This document shows positions 18,259 to 27,373 of a DNA stretch of 64,000 nucleotides, piece after piece (the first letter of the stretch is position 1; every line of letters begins with the position of its first letter). The stretch is from an uncultured bacterium. Lineage in GTDB: Bacteria > Armatimonadota > HRBIN16. The position numbers were made by a program, and so were the translations under genes. The DNA is taken from NCBI GenBank assembly GCA_964579145.1, contig CAZOGB010000002.1, positions 592 to 64,591 on the forward strand, read 5' to 3'. The notes below the pieces were generated by a model. The model saw only the letters and a program-made list of their open reading frames with translations, was not told where the DNA came from and searched no databases.

Positions 18259-18693
18259 CTAAACATCCACGTAGAACTCGGCTTCCCAGCCGTCCGGCGT
18301 CTGTTCCACTCTCAGGAGATGGTAGGTAACTGCTTTGACGGGCGCACCATGCAGCTGTGAGTTGTCCTCTACAAGCAGCCCATGCGCCTCGCCCTCAACT
18401 ACTGTGTCGGTTACCTGGTTGACCTTGAAGTCGATAAAGACCACCTTTTGCACATCGGTCAGGTATATCAGTTCGCGAAGCCACTTCACCAGCAGATCAG
18501 AGCAGTCCAGCGGTTCAGGCACTTCCACGCGGATGGGGAGATGAACATCCGCTTGCTTGCCTTCGGGATTAATGACCAGCCGATACATGCCTCGCGAGGC
18601 GTTCTCGAACAGTTCCTCTACGGTTTTGCCACACGCCCGAACGCCCTTATCGGCGGTATGGTCCAGAATCTGGTATTTTTCTGCTTCGTTCAT
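18259..18693 (-). CDS. archease
   Basis: YQILDHTADKGVRACGKT...KAVTYHLLRVEQTPDGWEAEFYVDV matches archease (DUF101) end to end; start trimmed to the ATG at 18693. Confidence 0.7.
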   Translation of the reverse strand: MNEAEKYQILDHTADKGVRACGKTVEELFENASRGMYRLVINPEGKQADVHLPIRVEVPEPLDCSDLLVKWLRELIYLTDVQKVVFIDFKVNQVTDTVVEGEAHGLLVEDNSQLHGAPVKAVTYHLLRVEQTPDGWEAEFYVDV

Positions 18694-18733
18694 GGCTTGC
18701 TCACCTTTCAGGTTCTCTGCGAGCAGGTATCTT

Positions 18734-19177
18734 TCACCCGCGCTCTCTGCGTTGGACAATACCTGTCCTCATCCACTGCTCAAACTGCTGGCGCATGCAG
18801 GCGAAACTGCCGTCATCCACTAACACCAGCCCCTTGTCCAGAGCCTCCAGCATCAGAGGATGATACTCTTCGAACATCATCTGCCACTCGCTTCTACTAT
18901 ACGCAAAGACATCTGCCTCGGTTTTCACAAACTGCTGGAATTCGCCGATACGGTCGATGAAGCGTTTGCCGTCGTCTATGTTCAAACCGATAAGCAGGTC
19001 ATAATCGCTGTAGGGGAGCCAGTTTCCCTTCGCCATCGAGCCGAAGAGCACCATAAAGGGTATCTGGTCTCCCCGCTCTGCAAAGATACGTTCCACTGTC
19101 TGGCGAAACGCCTCATAGCGAGGGCGATTCGATAGCCTGGCAAGCGTACTCGAGCACAGCTTCGGCGAGCGACTCAA
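18734..19177 (-). CDS. minimal nucleotidyltransferase (Pol-beta superfamily, MNT-like) with a short C-terminal helical extension
   Basis: LFGSMAKGNWLPYSDYDLLIG motif; apparent TTG start at 19177 overlapping the gyrA stop as TTGA, so the start codon is uncertain. Confidence 0.6.
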   Translation of the reverse strand: MSRSPKLCSSTLARLSNRPRYEAFRQTVERIFAERGDQIPFMVLFGSMAKGNWLPYSDYDLLIGLNIDDGKRFIDRIGEFQQFVKTEADVFAYSRSEWQMMFEEYHPLMLEALDKGLVLVDDGSFACMRQQFEQWMRTGIVQRRERG

Positions 19178-21648
19178 GAGCTCTCACCCTCTTCCACGCC
19201 TTCGTCGTCGATGCGCTGGACAATACGCGCCAGAGCGTTCACGTAGTCATCCGGGTCGGGAGTCATGATGCGCACGCCCTGCGCCGCACGCCCCGTGCGG
19301 CGAATCTGCTCCACCGGCACGCGGATAGCTTTGCCCTGCGCGGTCACCGCGATAATACGGTCATCGGGCAGAACGCCTTTCGCGTCCACCAGAAAGCCGG
19401 TGCGCTGGGTAACGTTAAAGGTGATGATGCCTTTGCCAGCGCGTCCCTGCAGACGGTACTCGCTGAAGGGTGTGCGCTTGCCGTAGCCCTTCTCGGAGAT
19501 GACCAGCAGGTCGCGGTCTTTGTACACCTTGACCATGGCAACGACGACATCATCCTTAGCCAGCTGGATACCGCGCACACCTCCTGCTGCCCTGCCCATC
19601 GCGCGCACATCCTTCTCGTGAAAGCGCAGGCTCATCCCCTTGCGCGTGACGAACACCAGCTCGTCGTTGCCGGAGGTGACCTGCACCCAGCCCAGCTCGT
19701 CGCCCTCCTCCAGGTCAAAGGCAAACAGCCCGTTCGCACGCAGGTTGGCGAACTCCGACAGGGCAATGCGCTTGACCTCGCCCCGGCGCGTGCCCATCAC
19801 CAGATACTTATCGGGCGAGAAGTCGGCAATGGAGACCGTGGCGGTAATCTTCTCGCCCGGCTCGATGCGAATGAGGTTGATAATCGCAGTGCCCCGTGCC
19901 TGTCGCGTCGCCTGCGGAACCTCATAAGCCTTCAGCCGGTACACGCGCCCGCGGTCGGTGAAGAAAAGGATGTAGTGGTGCGTGCTGACCTGGAAGATAT
20001 GTTCCAGCGTGTCCTCTTCCTTCGTGGTGGTAGCGATAATGCCTTTGCCGCCGCGCCGCTGACTGCGGTAGGTATCCAGCGGCAACCGCTTGATGTAGCC
20101 GTCGCGCGTGATGGTGACCAGCATCTCCTCTTCAGGAATCATATCCTCTTCGCCGATCTCTTCTGCCTCACGCGCGATGATTCGGGTGCGCCGCTCGTCG
20201 CCGTATTTATCCTTCAGCTCCTTCAGCTCCTGCTTGATTATCTGCGCCACGCGCCGCTCGTCCGCCAGGATGTCTTCCAGATAGGCGATTTCTTGCAAAA
20301 GCCCCTTGTATTCATCCTCCAGCCTCTGCTGTTCCAGCGCGGTCAACTGGCGCAACTGCATGGAGAGTATGGCTTCCGCCTGAATCTGAGTGAAGCCGAA
20401 CCGGCGCATGAGGGCGCGGCGAGCCACTTCGCTGTTCTCGGACTGCCGGATGATGCGGATGATTTCGTCCAGGAAGCGCACCACAACCTGCAGCCCTTCC
20501 AGAATGTGCGCTCTCTGCTGGGCACGATACAGCTCGTAGCGCGTGCGCCGAACGATAACATCACGCCGGTGGTTGATGTAGTTCTGCAGTACCTGCTTGA
20601 GGTTGAGCACACGCGGCACGCCGTCCTCCAGCGCGAGCATAATGACGCCAAACGACAGGCGCATCGGCGTGTGCTTCAACAGGAAGTTCAGTACCTTATG
20701 CGGGTTCACGTCGCGCCGCAGCTCGATAACCACCCTCATGCCGGTGCGGTCGGTGAAGTCATCAATGGCGGTGATGCCATCCACGCGCTTGCCCTTCACC
20801 AGGTTGGCTATCTGCTCAATCAGCTTCGCCTTGTTCACCTGGTAAGGTAGTTCGGTAATCACAATGGCTTGTTTGCCACCGTCCATCGGCTCAATCTGGG
20901 TCTTCGCCTGCATGATAATCTGCCCGCGCCCGGTCTCGTACGCCTCGCGAATGCCCTTTGTGCCCAGGATAAGTCCGGCGGTTGGGAAGTCGGGACCCGG
21001 CAGGTATTTCATCAGGTCGGTCACCGTGGCTTGCGGGTGGTCAATCAGATAGGTGATAGCATCTGCCACTTCGCGCAGATTGTGCGGAGGCACATTGGTC
21101 GCCATGCCCACGGCAATACCGCTTCCCCCGTTGCAGATGAAGTTCGGGAACTTGCCGGGCAGGACCATCGGTTCCATCGTTGACTGGTCGTAGTTGGGTT
21201 GCCAGTCCACGGTCTCCTTGTCGATATCCTCCATCATCTCCATCGCCAGCGGCGAGAGTCGGCACTCGGTATACCGCATCGCCGCGGGAGGGTCTCCATC
21301 CACACTGCCGAAGTTCCCCTGTCCGTCGATCAGGGGATAGCGCATGCTGAAGTCCTGAGCCATGCGCACGAGGGTGGCATACAGCGCTTCGTTGCCGTGT
21401 GGGTGGAAGCGTTTCATGGTCTCCCCGCAGACGGCGGCGCATTTCACGTGCGCACTGTTCGGGGTGACACTCATCTCTCGCATGGCGTAGAGGATGCGCC
21501 TCTGCACGGGCTTCAGTCCATCACGCACATCGGGCAGGGCGCGCGCGATGATGGTGCTCATCGCGTAACCGAGGTACGAACGGCTTAACTCTTCCTCAAG
21601 CGGTACGACTTCAATCTCCGGCTGTTGCTCCAGAATCTCCTCAGGCAT
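19174..21648 (-). CDS. gyrA: DNA gyrase subunit A
   Basis: Canonical GyrA N-terminus ([29 protein letters not shown]), the active-site Tyr region, and C-terminal beta-pinwheel repeats; 824 aa. Confidence 0.9.
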   Translation of the reverse strand: MPEEILEQQPEIEVVPLEEELSRSYLGYAMSTIIARALPDVRDGLKPVQRRILYAMREMSVTPNSAHVKCAAVCGETMKRFHPHGNEALYATLVRMAQDFSMRYPLIDGQGNFGSVDGDPPAAMRYTECRLSPLAMEMMEDIDKETVDWQPNYDQSTMEPMVLPGKFPNFICNGGSGIAVGMATNVPPHNLREVADAITYLIDHPQATVTDLMKYLPGPDFPTAGLILGTKGIREAYETGRGQIIMQAKTQIEPMDGGKQAIVITELPYQVNKAKLIEQIANLVKGKRVDGITAIDDFTDRTGMRVVIELRRDVNPHKVLNFLLKHTPMRLSFGVIMLALEDGVPRVLNLKQVLQNYINHRRDVIVRRTRYELYRAQQRAHILEGLQVVVRFLDEIIRIIRQSENSEVARRALMRRFGFTQIQAEAILSMQLRQLTALEQQRLEDEYKGLLQEIAYLEDILADERRVAQIIKQELKELKDKYGDERRTRIIAREAEEIGEEDMIPEEEMLVTITRDGYIKRLPLDTYRSQRRGGKGIIATTTKEEDTLEHIFQVSTHHYILFFTDRGRVYRLKAYEVPQATRQARGTAIINLIRIEPGEKITATVSIADFSPDKYLVMGTRRGEVKRIALSEFANLRANGLFAFDLEEGDELGWVQVTSGNDELVFVTRKGMSLRFHEKDVRAMGRAAGGVRGIQLAKDDVVVAMVKVYKDRDLLVISEKGYGKRTPFSEYRLQGRAGKGIITFNVTQRTGFLVDAKGVLPDDRIIAVTAQGKAIRVPVEQIRRTGRAAQGVRIMTPDPDDYVNALARIVQRIDDEGVEEGESS

Positions 21649-21703
21649 TCGCGGGTTGTTCCTTTCTTGTGGGCAGAGTACGGTAGACAGAAGCTACCAT
21701 GTT

Positions 21704-21732
21704 ATTATAACAAAAGTGTTCTTCGGTGGCAA
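21704..21732 (-). promoter_or_regulatory. sigma70-type promoter for gyrA (TTGCCA-17-TATAAT)
   Basis: On the minus strand: TTGCCA, a 17-nt spacer, TATAAT; lies about 55 nt upstream of the gyrA ATG. Confidence 0.45.
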
Positions 21733-21746
21733 CCGCCTATGCTGTC

Positions 21747-21771
21747 AAAAAGGGGCGGCTTGCGCCGCCCC
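21747..21771 (-). terminator. rho-independent terminator of the CBS-domain gene
   Basis: On the minus strand: GGGGCGGC-GCAA-GCCGCCCC followed by TTTTT; starts 14 nt after the stop at 21785. Confidence 0.7.
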
Positions 21772-21784
21772 CACCGAACCGATC

Positions 21785-22162
21785 CTACATTGCCTTGTTC
21801 ACGATGTCGCTCAGCGACACCACGCCCATCAGCCGGTGCTCGCCGATGACCGGCGCACGCGACAGCCCCGTGTTCGCCAGCAGTCGCGCCACGTACTTCA
21901 CGTCCAGATTCGGATTGACCACCACCAGCGGCTTGGACATAATCTCGTGTACCTGCACCGACTCGGGCGACAGCCCCTTCGCCACCACCTTGTACACGAT
22001 GTCGCGCTGGGTGATGATGCCATAGGCGTCGTCCTCGCTGCGCCTCTCCACGATAAGCGACCGCACGCCCTTTTGCTTCATCAGCGCGACCGCCTCCGCC
22101 ACGGTGGCAGTGCCCTGAATGGTGACCACGTCGGTGGTCATGATGTCTTTCGCCTTTGGCAT
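21785..22162 (-). CDS. CBS-domain pair protein
   Basis: Two CBS repeats (DIMTTDVVTI...; EIMSKPLVVV...); 125 aa; minus-strand promoter TTGCAC-17-TATAAT at 22266-22294 gives a roughly 100-nt leader. Confidence 0.75.
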   Translation of the reverse strand: MPKAKDIMTTDVVTIQGTATVAEAVALMKQKGVRSLIVERRSEDDAYGIITQRDIVYKVVAKGLSPESVQVHEIMSKPLVVVNPNLDVKYVARLLANTGLSRAPVIGEHRLMGVVSLSDIVNKAM

Positions 22163-22341
22163 GGCGAAGCCCCCCTTTCGTGGTATTGACGTGCGCAGAC
22201 CTGCACGATGCGGAAAAGGCGACTTCCTCTGCTCAGGCGTGCTCGGTGATGCGGTTTACAATTCCATTATAATACACCCCGAGCGAAAGTGCAATAAGCA
22301 GGGCATCGCCCTATACTACTCTTACGATTTTTAACGTCCCA

Positions 22342-23583
22342 CTAATCCGACGCTGACACCGCCGCGATGGCGCCGAGCGACCACCAGATAACCATCGTGC
22401 TCGCTATCAGCATCAGCAGACCGGCGGAAATATAGGGCGCGCTCATGCCTAAATGCCCGAAACTCCAGCCTCCCCAAGTTGGACCAATCACTCGCGCCAG
22501 ACTGGCCAGCGACTGCGTGATGCCAAACACTTCGCCTCGACGGTCGGGCGGCGCCAGCTTGGAAATCAGTCCGTTCAGGCTTGGACCGGCTACCCCGCCG
22601 CCCATTGCCATCATCGCCAGAATCACCATCAGCCAGCCAACGCCAGGCGCGAAGGGAATGAGCATCAGCGCAGGAGCCTGCAGAAGATAACCGCCGATCA
22701 ACAGGCGAACCTCGCCGAAACGTGTGCTGAGCCTGCCCACCAGACCACCCTGTACCACCGCTCCCATAATGCCCAGATAGGCGAACAGATACCCGCAGGC
22801 ACGCTGGTCGAGGCTGTAGCGATGCTTCGCCAGCAGGATAAAGGTCGATTCCAGGTTGGCGATGGCAAAGATGGCGGTAAACAGCACCACTGCCAGCAGA
22901 CCCACGTGAGGCATCGCCAGCACACGGGGCAGGTTACCCAGAGGAAAAGTGTAAAGCCCTTCGGATGGTCTGCGCTTTTCCGCAGGCAGGCTTTCAGGCA
23001 GACGCAGGAACGCGCTTAGCCAGTTCATCCCCGCCAGCAAGGCGCCAGCCAGTCCGATGGCGAAGTTCCCACCCCATGCACCAAGCAGTCCTCCTACCGC
23101 GGGACCAAGAATAAATCCAACACCGAACGCCGCTCCAATCAATCCCATCGCGCGTGTCCGCTCCTGTGCAGGGGTGACGTCGGAGATGTACGCCTGCGCT
23201 GTGGAGAGATTGGCGGCGGTGATTCCTGCCAGCAGACGCGAAAAGAAGATGGTCCATGCATTCTGCGCCAACGCGAAAAGCAGATACGAAAACGCTGACC
23301 CTGCGATACTCAGAAGCAGTATCGGGCGCCGCCCCACCCTGTCCGATAACCTGCCCCAGAACGGGGCAAACAGGAACTGCATCAGAGAGTAAACTGCCTG
23401 AATCAGCCCAATGAAGGTAGGGGTCGCGTGGAAGGCATCCGCATAGTATTGAAGCTGGGGGATGATTAACCCAAAGCCTAAAAGGTCAAGGAATATGGTA
23501 AAGTAAACAATCTTCCGCGCCGATTTGGAAGAGTCAGGCACTGCGACATCCTCCACAGCCAGAGTGCAACACGCAAAAAGCAT
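22342..23583 (-). CDS. MFS transporter (DHA1-like)
   Basis: 12-TM MFS pattern with the GRLSDRVGRRP motif between TM2 and TM3. Confidence 0.75.
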   Translation of the reverse strand: MLFACCTLAVEDVAVPDSSKSARKIVYFTIFLDLLGFGLIIPQLQYYADAFHATPTFIGLIQAVYSLMQFLFAPFWGRLSDRVGRRPILLLSIAGSAFSYLLFALAQNAWTIFFSRLLAGITAANLSTAQAYISDVTPAQERTRAMGLIGAAFGVGFILGPAVGGLLGAWGGNFAIGLAGALLAGMNWLSAFLRLPESLPAEKRRPSEGLYTFPLGNLPRVLAMPHVGLLAVVLFTAIFAIANLESTFILLAKHRYSLDQRACGYLFAYLGIMGAVVQGGLVGRLSTRFGEVRLLIGGYLLQAPALMLIPFAPGVGWLMVILAMMAMGGGVAGPSLNGLISKLAPPDRRGEVFGITQSLASLARVIGPTWGGWSFGHLGMSAPYISAGLLMLIASTMVIWWSLGAIAAVSASD

Positions 23584-23639
23584 ACCCCAAAATGTTTAGC
23601 GAAGGCAAGGGTAAACTGTTCTCGAATTGCTAGGCAGGA

Positions 23640-23668
23640 TTGACTTTCGCCTTCATGACCTGTATAAT
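23640..23668 (+). promoter_or_regulatory. near-consensus sigma70 promoter (TTGACT-17-TATAAT, TG adjacent to the -10)
   Basis: TTGACT at 23640-45, a 17-nt spacer, TATAAT at 23663-68; followed by AGGAGG at 23690-95 and the ATG at 23703. Confidence 0.55.
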
Positions 23669-23702
23669 CCTTGACCGGTGAAACTGAGAAGGAGGCGATG
23701 TC

Positions 23703-23804
23703 ATGCGCATCAGACAGAAGGAGCTGCGCCAGCGACGTAAGCGGAAAGAGGAGAAGCAGAAGGCAGCCCGACGCGAAGCGAGGATGCGGGCAAGGCGAGT
23801 GTAA
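23703..23804 (+). CDS. hypothetical 33-aa hyper-basic small protein (MRIRQKELRQRRKRKEEKQKAARREARMRARRV)
   Basis: Not in the ORF track, because the 23671 TTG ORF is in another frame; it has the best promoter, RBS and ATG geometry in the window; the hairpin CCCCTGC-GCG-GCAGGGG at 23833-23849 lies downstream. Confidence 0.35.
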   Translation: MRIRQKELRQRRKRKEEKQKAARREARMRARRV

Positions 23805-23862
23805 CCGCGTGCTTGTACCCCCTGCCCCGTTTCCCCTGCGCGGCAGGGGGACTGAAAGATGG

Positions 23863-24741
23863 TTATCCCAGCTGTAACTCCAGCTTGATATCGATAGCGG
23901 GAGCAGAGTGGGTTATCGCTCCGACGGAGATGGCGTCCACGCCTGTCTCCGCAATCTGACGCACGGTATCCAGGCGTACTCCCCCGGAGGCTTCCAGCAA
24001 GACGCGCCCTTTTGCCAGTTGAACTGCTTCGCGCATCTGTTCAAGCGTCATGTTATCCAGCAGAACAATATCCGCCCCCGCCTCGATCGCTTCTGCAACC
24101 TGCTGAACGGTGGTACATTCCACCTCTACTTTCATGGTGTGTGGCAGGGCACGCTTCGCGCTCTGCACCGCCGGAGTAATCCCGCCGCACACTGCGATAT
24201 GGTTGTCCTTAATCAATACGGCGTCGTACAGCCCGAAGCGGTGATTGTAGCCGCCGCCCACGCGCACCGCGTAACGTTCCAGATAACGCAGACCGGGCGT
24301 GGTCTTGCGCGTGTCGCAGATTCTGACGGGCAGGTCTTTCACCGCGTCCACAAACCTCGCGGTGAGAGTGGCTATCCCGCTCAATCGCTGAAGAAAGTTC
24401 AGCGCCACCCGTTCGGCGGTCAAAATCCGGCGTGCTTCGCCTCTGACCTCCGCCAAAACGGTACGTGTGCTGAAGTGTTGTCCTTCCTGCAGCAGAGGTT
24501 TTAAACGAATGCGAGAATCCACCTGATGAAAAACCCGCTCCACGACGGGGATTCCGGCCAGGATGCCCTCCTGCGTCGGGATAAACTGCCCGAACGCTTC
24601 CACTCCTTCGGGCACGGTCAGCAGAGTGGTTATATCTCCTGTGCCGATGTCTTCCGACAGGGCGCGGGATACTATCTCATCAACAAGTGGCAGATTGAGT
24701 GCGCTCATCAGTCCCATTTCACCTCCAGGATTCCCTCGCAC
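23863..24741 (-). CDS. nadC: nicotinate-nucleotide pyrophosphorylase (carboxylating) / quinolinate phosphoribosyltransferase
   Basis: Full-length match to the NadC family (motifs LSEDIGTGDITT, RKTTPGLR, LIKDNH); the true start is probably the internal Met (MSALNLP). Confidence 0.85.
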   Translation of the reverse strand: MRGNPGGEMGLMSALNLPLVDEIVSRALSEDIGTGDITTLLTVPEGVEAFGQFIPTQEGILAGIPVVERVFHQVDSRIRLKPLLQEGQHFSTRTVLAEVRGEARRILTAERVALNFLQRLSGIATLTARFVDAVKDLPVRICDTRKTTPGLRYLERYAVRVGGGYNHRFGLYDAVLIKDNHIAVCGGITPAVQSAKRALPHTMKVEVECTTVQQVAEAIEAGADIVLLDNMTLEQMREAVQLAKGRVLLEASGGVRLDTVRQIAETGVDAISVGAITHSAPAIDIKLELQLG

Positions 24742-25364
24742 TGCATCAGCGTCCCAAGCACCTGCACGGTTGAGGTCTGGGCGGGCATCTCCAGCGAGAT
24801 CTCGTAGCGTCGGGCGTGAGGCATCAGCGCAGGCAGAGTGCGAACAGAACTCACGTCTACGCGCAGGGAAGCCAGTACATGCAGTACAGACTCAATGACG
24901 GGTTTGCCCTCCTGAGCGACAATCTCTATGTCCCGCAGTCGCGTCTTCATTTTCAGGCGATTCTCCAGGAGGTGAACCAGCGCAAGCGTGAGGAAAACGA
25001 GCACCGTCGCCAGGGATGCCATCACCCAGAAACGGCGGTCCAGCCCCACAGCCAGCCCGATAGCAGCGGTAGCCCAGATGCTGGCGGCGGTGGTCAGACC
25101 ACGAACAGTTCCGCCCAGGTGGATAATCGTACCCGCGCCGATGAAGCCGATGCCTGTGACTACCTGCGCGGCGATGCGCGTGGGGTCAACATTCGGGTCA
25201 GTCAGTCCTCGCGAGACCGTTCCGAACATCGCTGCGCCCAGCGAGAGCAGGATGTGCGTGCGCAGACCCGCCGGTCTGCCATGCAATTCACGCTCCAGCC
25301 CGACGATTGCCCCCAATGCAGATGCCAGCAGAAGTGGTAGCAGGCTCTCTCCGAGTGAAAACAC
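24708..25364 (-). CDS. mgtC: MgtC/SapB-family membrane protein
   Basis: The conserved MgtC N-terminal membrane domain (LGAIVGLERELHGRPAGLRTHILLSLGAAMF) plus a C-terminal ACT-like domain. Confidence 0.8.
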   Translation of the reverse strand: MFSLGESLLPLLLASALGAIVGLERELHGRPAGLRTHILLSLGAAMFGTVSRGLTDPNVDPTRIAAQVVTGIGFIGAGTIIHLGGTVRGLTTAASIWATAAIGLAVGLDRRFWVMASLATVLVFLTLALVHLLENRLKMKTRLRDIEIVAQEGKPVIESVLHVLASLRVDVSSVRTLPALMPHARRYEISLEMPAQTSTVQVLGTLMQCEGILEVKWD

Positions 25365-25698
25365 TCCGCATTTCCCCTTCCCGAAAGAGGATGACTTTAT
25401 TGTACTGTGGAACTAAGGAAGAGACAAGGGCAAAACAAAAAATCGCCTGCCTCCAGAGCAATCGGGGTTGGGCGAAGCTCCGGGTGCAGGCTCCATCAAG
25501 ACGATGGACAGAGTGAAAAGGAGGACATGCGCTACTACATAATACGAGGGCGGGACACCGAAAGTTCCACAGGATGTAACCCCGCAGGAGGTGCTCGCGT
25601 CTAAATTGCAGTGGATTAGCAGGAATCCGGGTCTGACCTGCTGTATGATAACCCGGATAACCGTGTGTTGAGAAACAAACCCAACGCGAGGAGAGACG

Positions 25699-27357
25699 AT
25701 GATGCGAATGGGCTTGAAAGGCTTCATCTCTAGAGGATGGACCCGTGCGTTGCCAGCCTGTGTGTTGATTCTACCGATGGTATCTGCGGTGCTCGCTCAA
25801 GATGTTGTTGCCTACCGGTTCTCCCCGGCACACAACGGCATCGCTCCCAGTGGCATCCAGATGCCCGCAGCGATGTCCTGGCGATACACCGCATCGCCAG
25901 CGCCTCAGAACCCCGCGGCGCCCGCAGTGGTTGGTAACACGGTGTACTACGCCTGCCGCGACAGGTTCTACGCGCTCGAGGCGGACAGCGGGCGTGTCAT
26001 CTGGCGGTACCCCACCAACCAGCCGCTGGACGCGCAGTTCCGCACCACCCCAGCGGTGGTCAACGGCATTATTTACGTTGGCGCCACCGATGGGAACCTG
26101 TACGCTCTCTCGGCTACCACGGGTAAATACCTCTGGTCGTTTAAGGCGCAGGGCGCTATCCTCTCGCCGCCAACCGTGGTGGACGATGTGGTGTACTTCG
26201 GCTCTGCCGACGGGCGAGTGTATGCCATCAACGCCAGGACGGGCGAACCGATATGGCGCGGAGGCTTTCGTACGCTGGATGCCGTTAACGGAGCCGTAGC
26301 GGTTGCCGACGACGTGGTCTACTTTATCTCTGCGGACCAGACACTGTACGCGGCGGCGGCAGCGACAGGCTTGCTCCTGTGGCGCCAGCGATTGACAGGC
26401 ACACTTTACGCCCTGTCGCCGGTCGTTGCGGATCGCAACCTTTATGTTGTCGCCTCCAACGTGCTTTATGTTCTGCAGGCGCGAAGCGGACGCCAGCTGT
26501 GGGCACGCACCCTGCCCGATGACATCGTGACGGAACCCGTTGCGGGCAACGGAATGCTGTACGTGCTGACGCGCGACGGGCGCGTGTGGGCGTTTGACAA
26601 CACGGGCAAACTGCTGTGGAACACGAAGGAACCGGTGTTCACCAATCAGGTGCTGGCTCCGCCCACGCTGGCTGGTAACGTGCTTATCATCGGCACGGCA
26701 CGAGGTGGCATCTATGCCCTGGATGCTTCCAACGGCTCCATCCTGTGGAAGTATCTGCTGCAGTCGTCTTCCTCTACGCCCGAACGCCCGACCTTCACCG
26801 ACATCACCGCGCCGCCGGTGGTCGCTAATGGCACGCTGTACATCGTCTCGGACGACGGCAGTCTGACCACCTTCCGCGCGGACGCGCCGGATAGCATCCC
26901 GCCAACCATAACCGAGCTGGAGCCGACTCGCGGTTTGGCAATGTCGGGCGCGCCGCCTATCCGTTTCCGTGCGCTCATCAGCGACGACGGTTCCGGCATC
27001 AAGACCGACACCATCCAGTTCCTGCTGGACGACAGGCCGGTGAAATATGAGTTTGACCTTGCGAAGGGCGAAATCAGCTATCTGTGGGGGAGCAAGGAAG
27101 CCTCGGCAACTCCCACAGGGCAGGAAGGTGGTGCCACCACCGTTCGTCCCCTCGCCGATGGACGGCACACGGTGAAGGTCATCGCCGAGGACTGGCGCGG
27201 TAACCGCACGGAATACACCTGGTTGTTCATCGTGGATAACACCCTGCGCAAGCGCACCACCACCACTCAGCCCCGCCAGCAGGGTGTACCCGGCGTTCCC
27301 GGTGGCATTGGCGGTGGTCGCCGTGGACCGGGCGGACGCGACGAGGGCGGCTACTGA
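25699..27357 (+). CDS. secreted PQQ-repeat beta-propeller protein (BamB-like) with a Gly-rich C-terminal tail
   Basis: Signal peptide; at least seven repeats of the form G-x-(V/L)YxxxxDGxLYALxAxTGxxLW; the C-terminus is GGIGGGRRGPGGRDEGGY. Confidence 0.7.
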   Translation: MMRMGLKGFISRGWTRALPACVLILPMVSAVLAQDVVAYRFSPAHNGIAPSGIQMPAAMSWRYTASPAPQNPAAPAVVGNTVYYACRDRFYALEADSGRVIWRYPTNQPLDAQFRTTPAVVNGIIYVGATDGNLYALSATTGKYLWSFKAQGAILSPPTVVDDVVYFGSADGRVYAINARTGEPIWRGGFRTLDAVNGAVAVADDVVYFISADQTLYAAAAATGLLLWRQRLTGTLYALSPVVADRNLYVVASNVLYVLQARSGRQLWARTLPDDIVTEPVAGNGMLYVLTRDGRVWAFDNTGKLLWNTKEPVFTNQVLAPPTLAGNVLIIGTARGGIYALDASNGSILWKYLLQSSSSTPERPTFTDITAPPVVANGTLYIVSDDGSLTTFRADAPDSIPPTITELEPTRGLAMSGAPPIRFRALISDDGSGIKTDTIQFLLDDRPVKYEFDLAKGEISYLWGSKEASATPTGQEGGATTVRPLADGRHTVKVIAEDWRGNRTEYTWLFIVDNTLRKRTTTTQPRQQGVPGVPGGIGGGRRGPGGRDEGGY

Positions 27358-27373
27358 TTGGAGAGGATAGTCG

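Noticed and set aside
18734-19177. Possibility that the nucleotidyltransferase carries a fused HEPN domain in its 60-aa C-terminal extension
   Set aside because: No Rx4-6H motif is present in the extension, so the HEPN assignment is not supported
23671-23877. 68-aa ORF in the track (MTGETEKEAMSCASDRRS...)
   Set aside because: It has a TTG start lying inside the predicted -10/+1 region and no RBS. The overlapping 33-aa frame starting at the ATG at 23703 has ideal RBS spacing, and the track ORF runs through the terminator hairpin into the convergent nadC
25470-25530. GGTGcAGGCTCC...GGAcAGAG stretch resembling the M-box (Mg2+ riboswitch) core near mgtC
   Set aside because: It lies on the plus strand whereas mgtC is on the minus strand. 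The flanking pairing elements of the M-box are not recognisable
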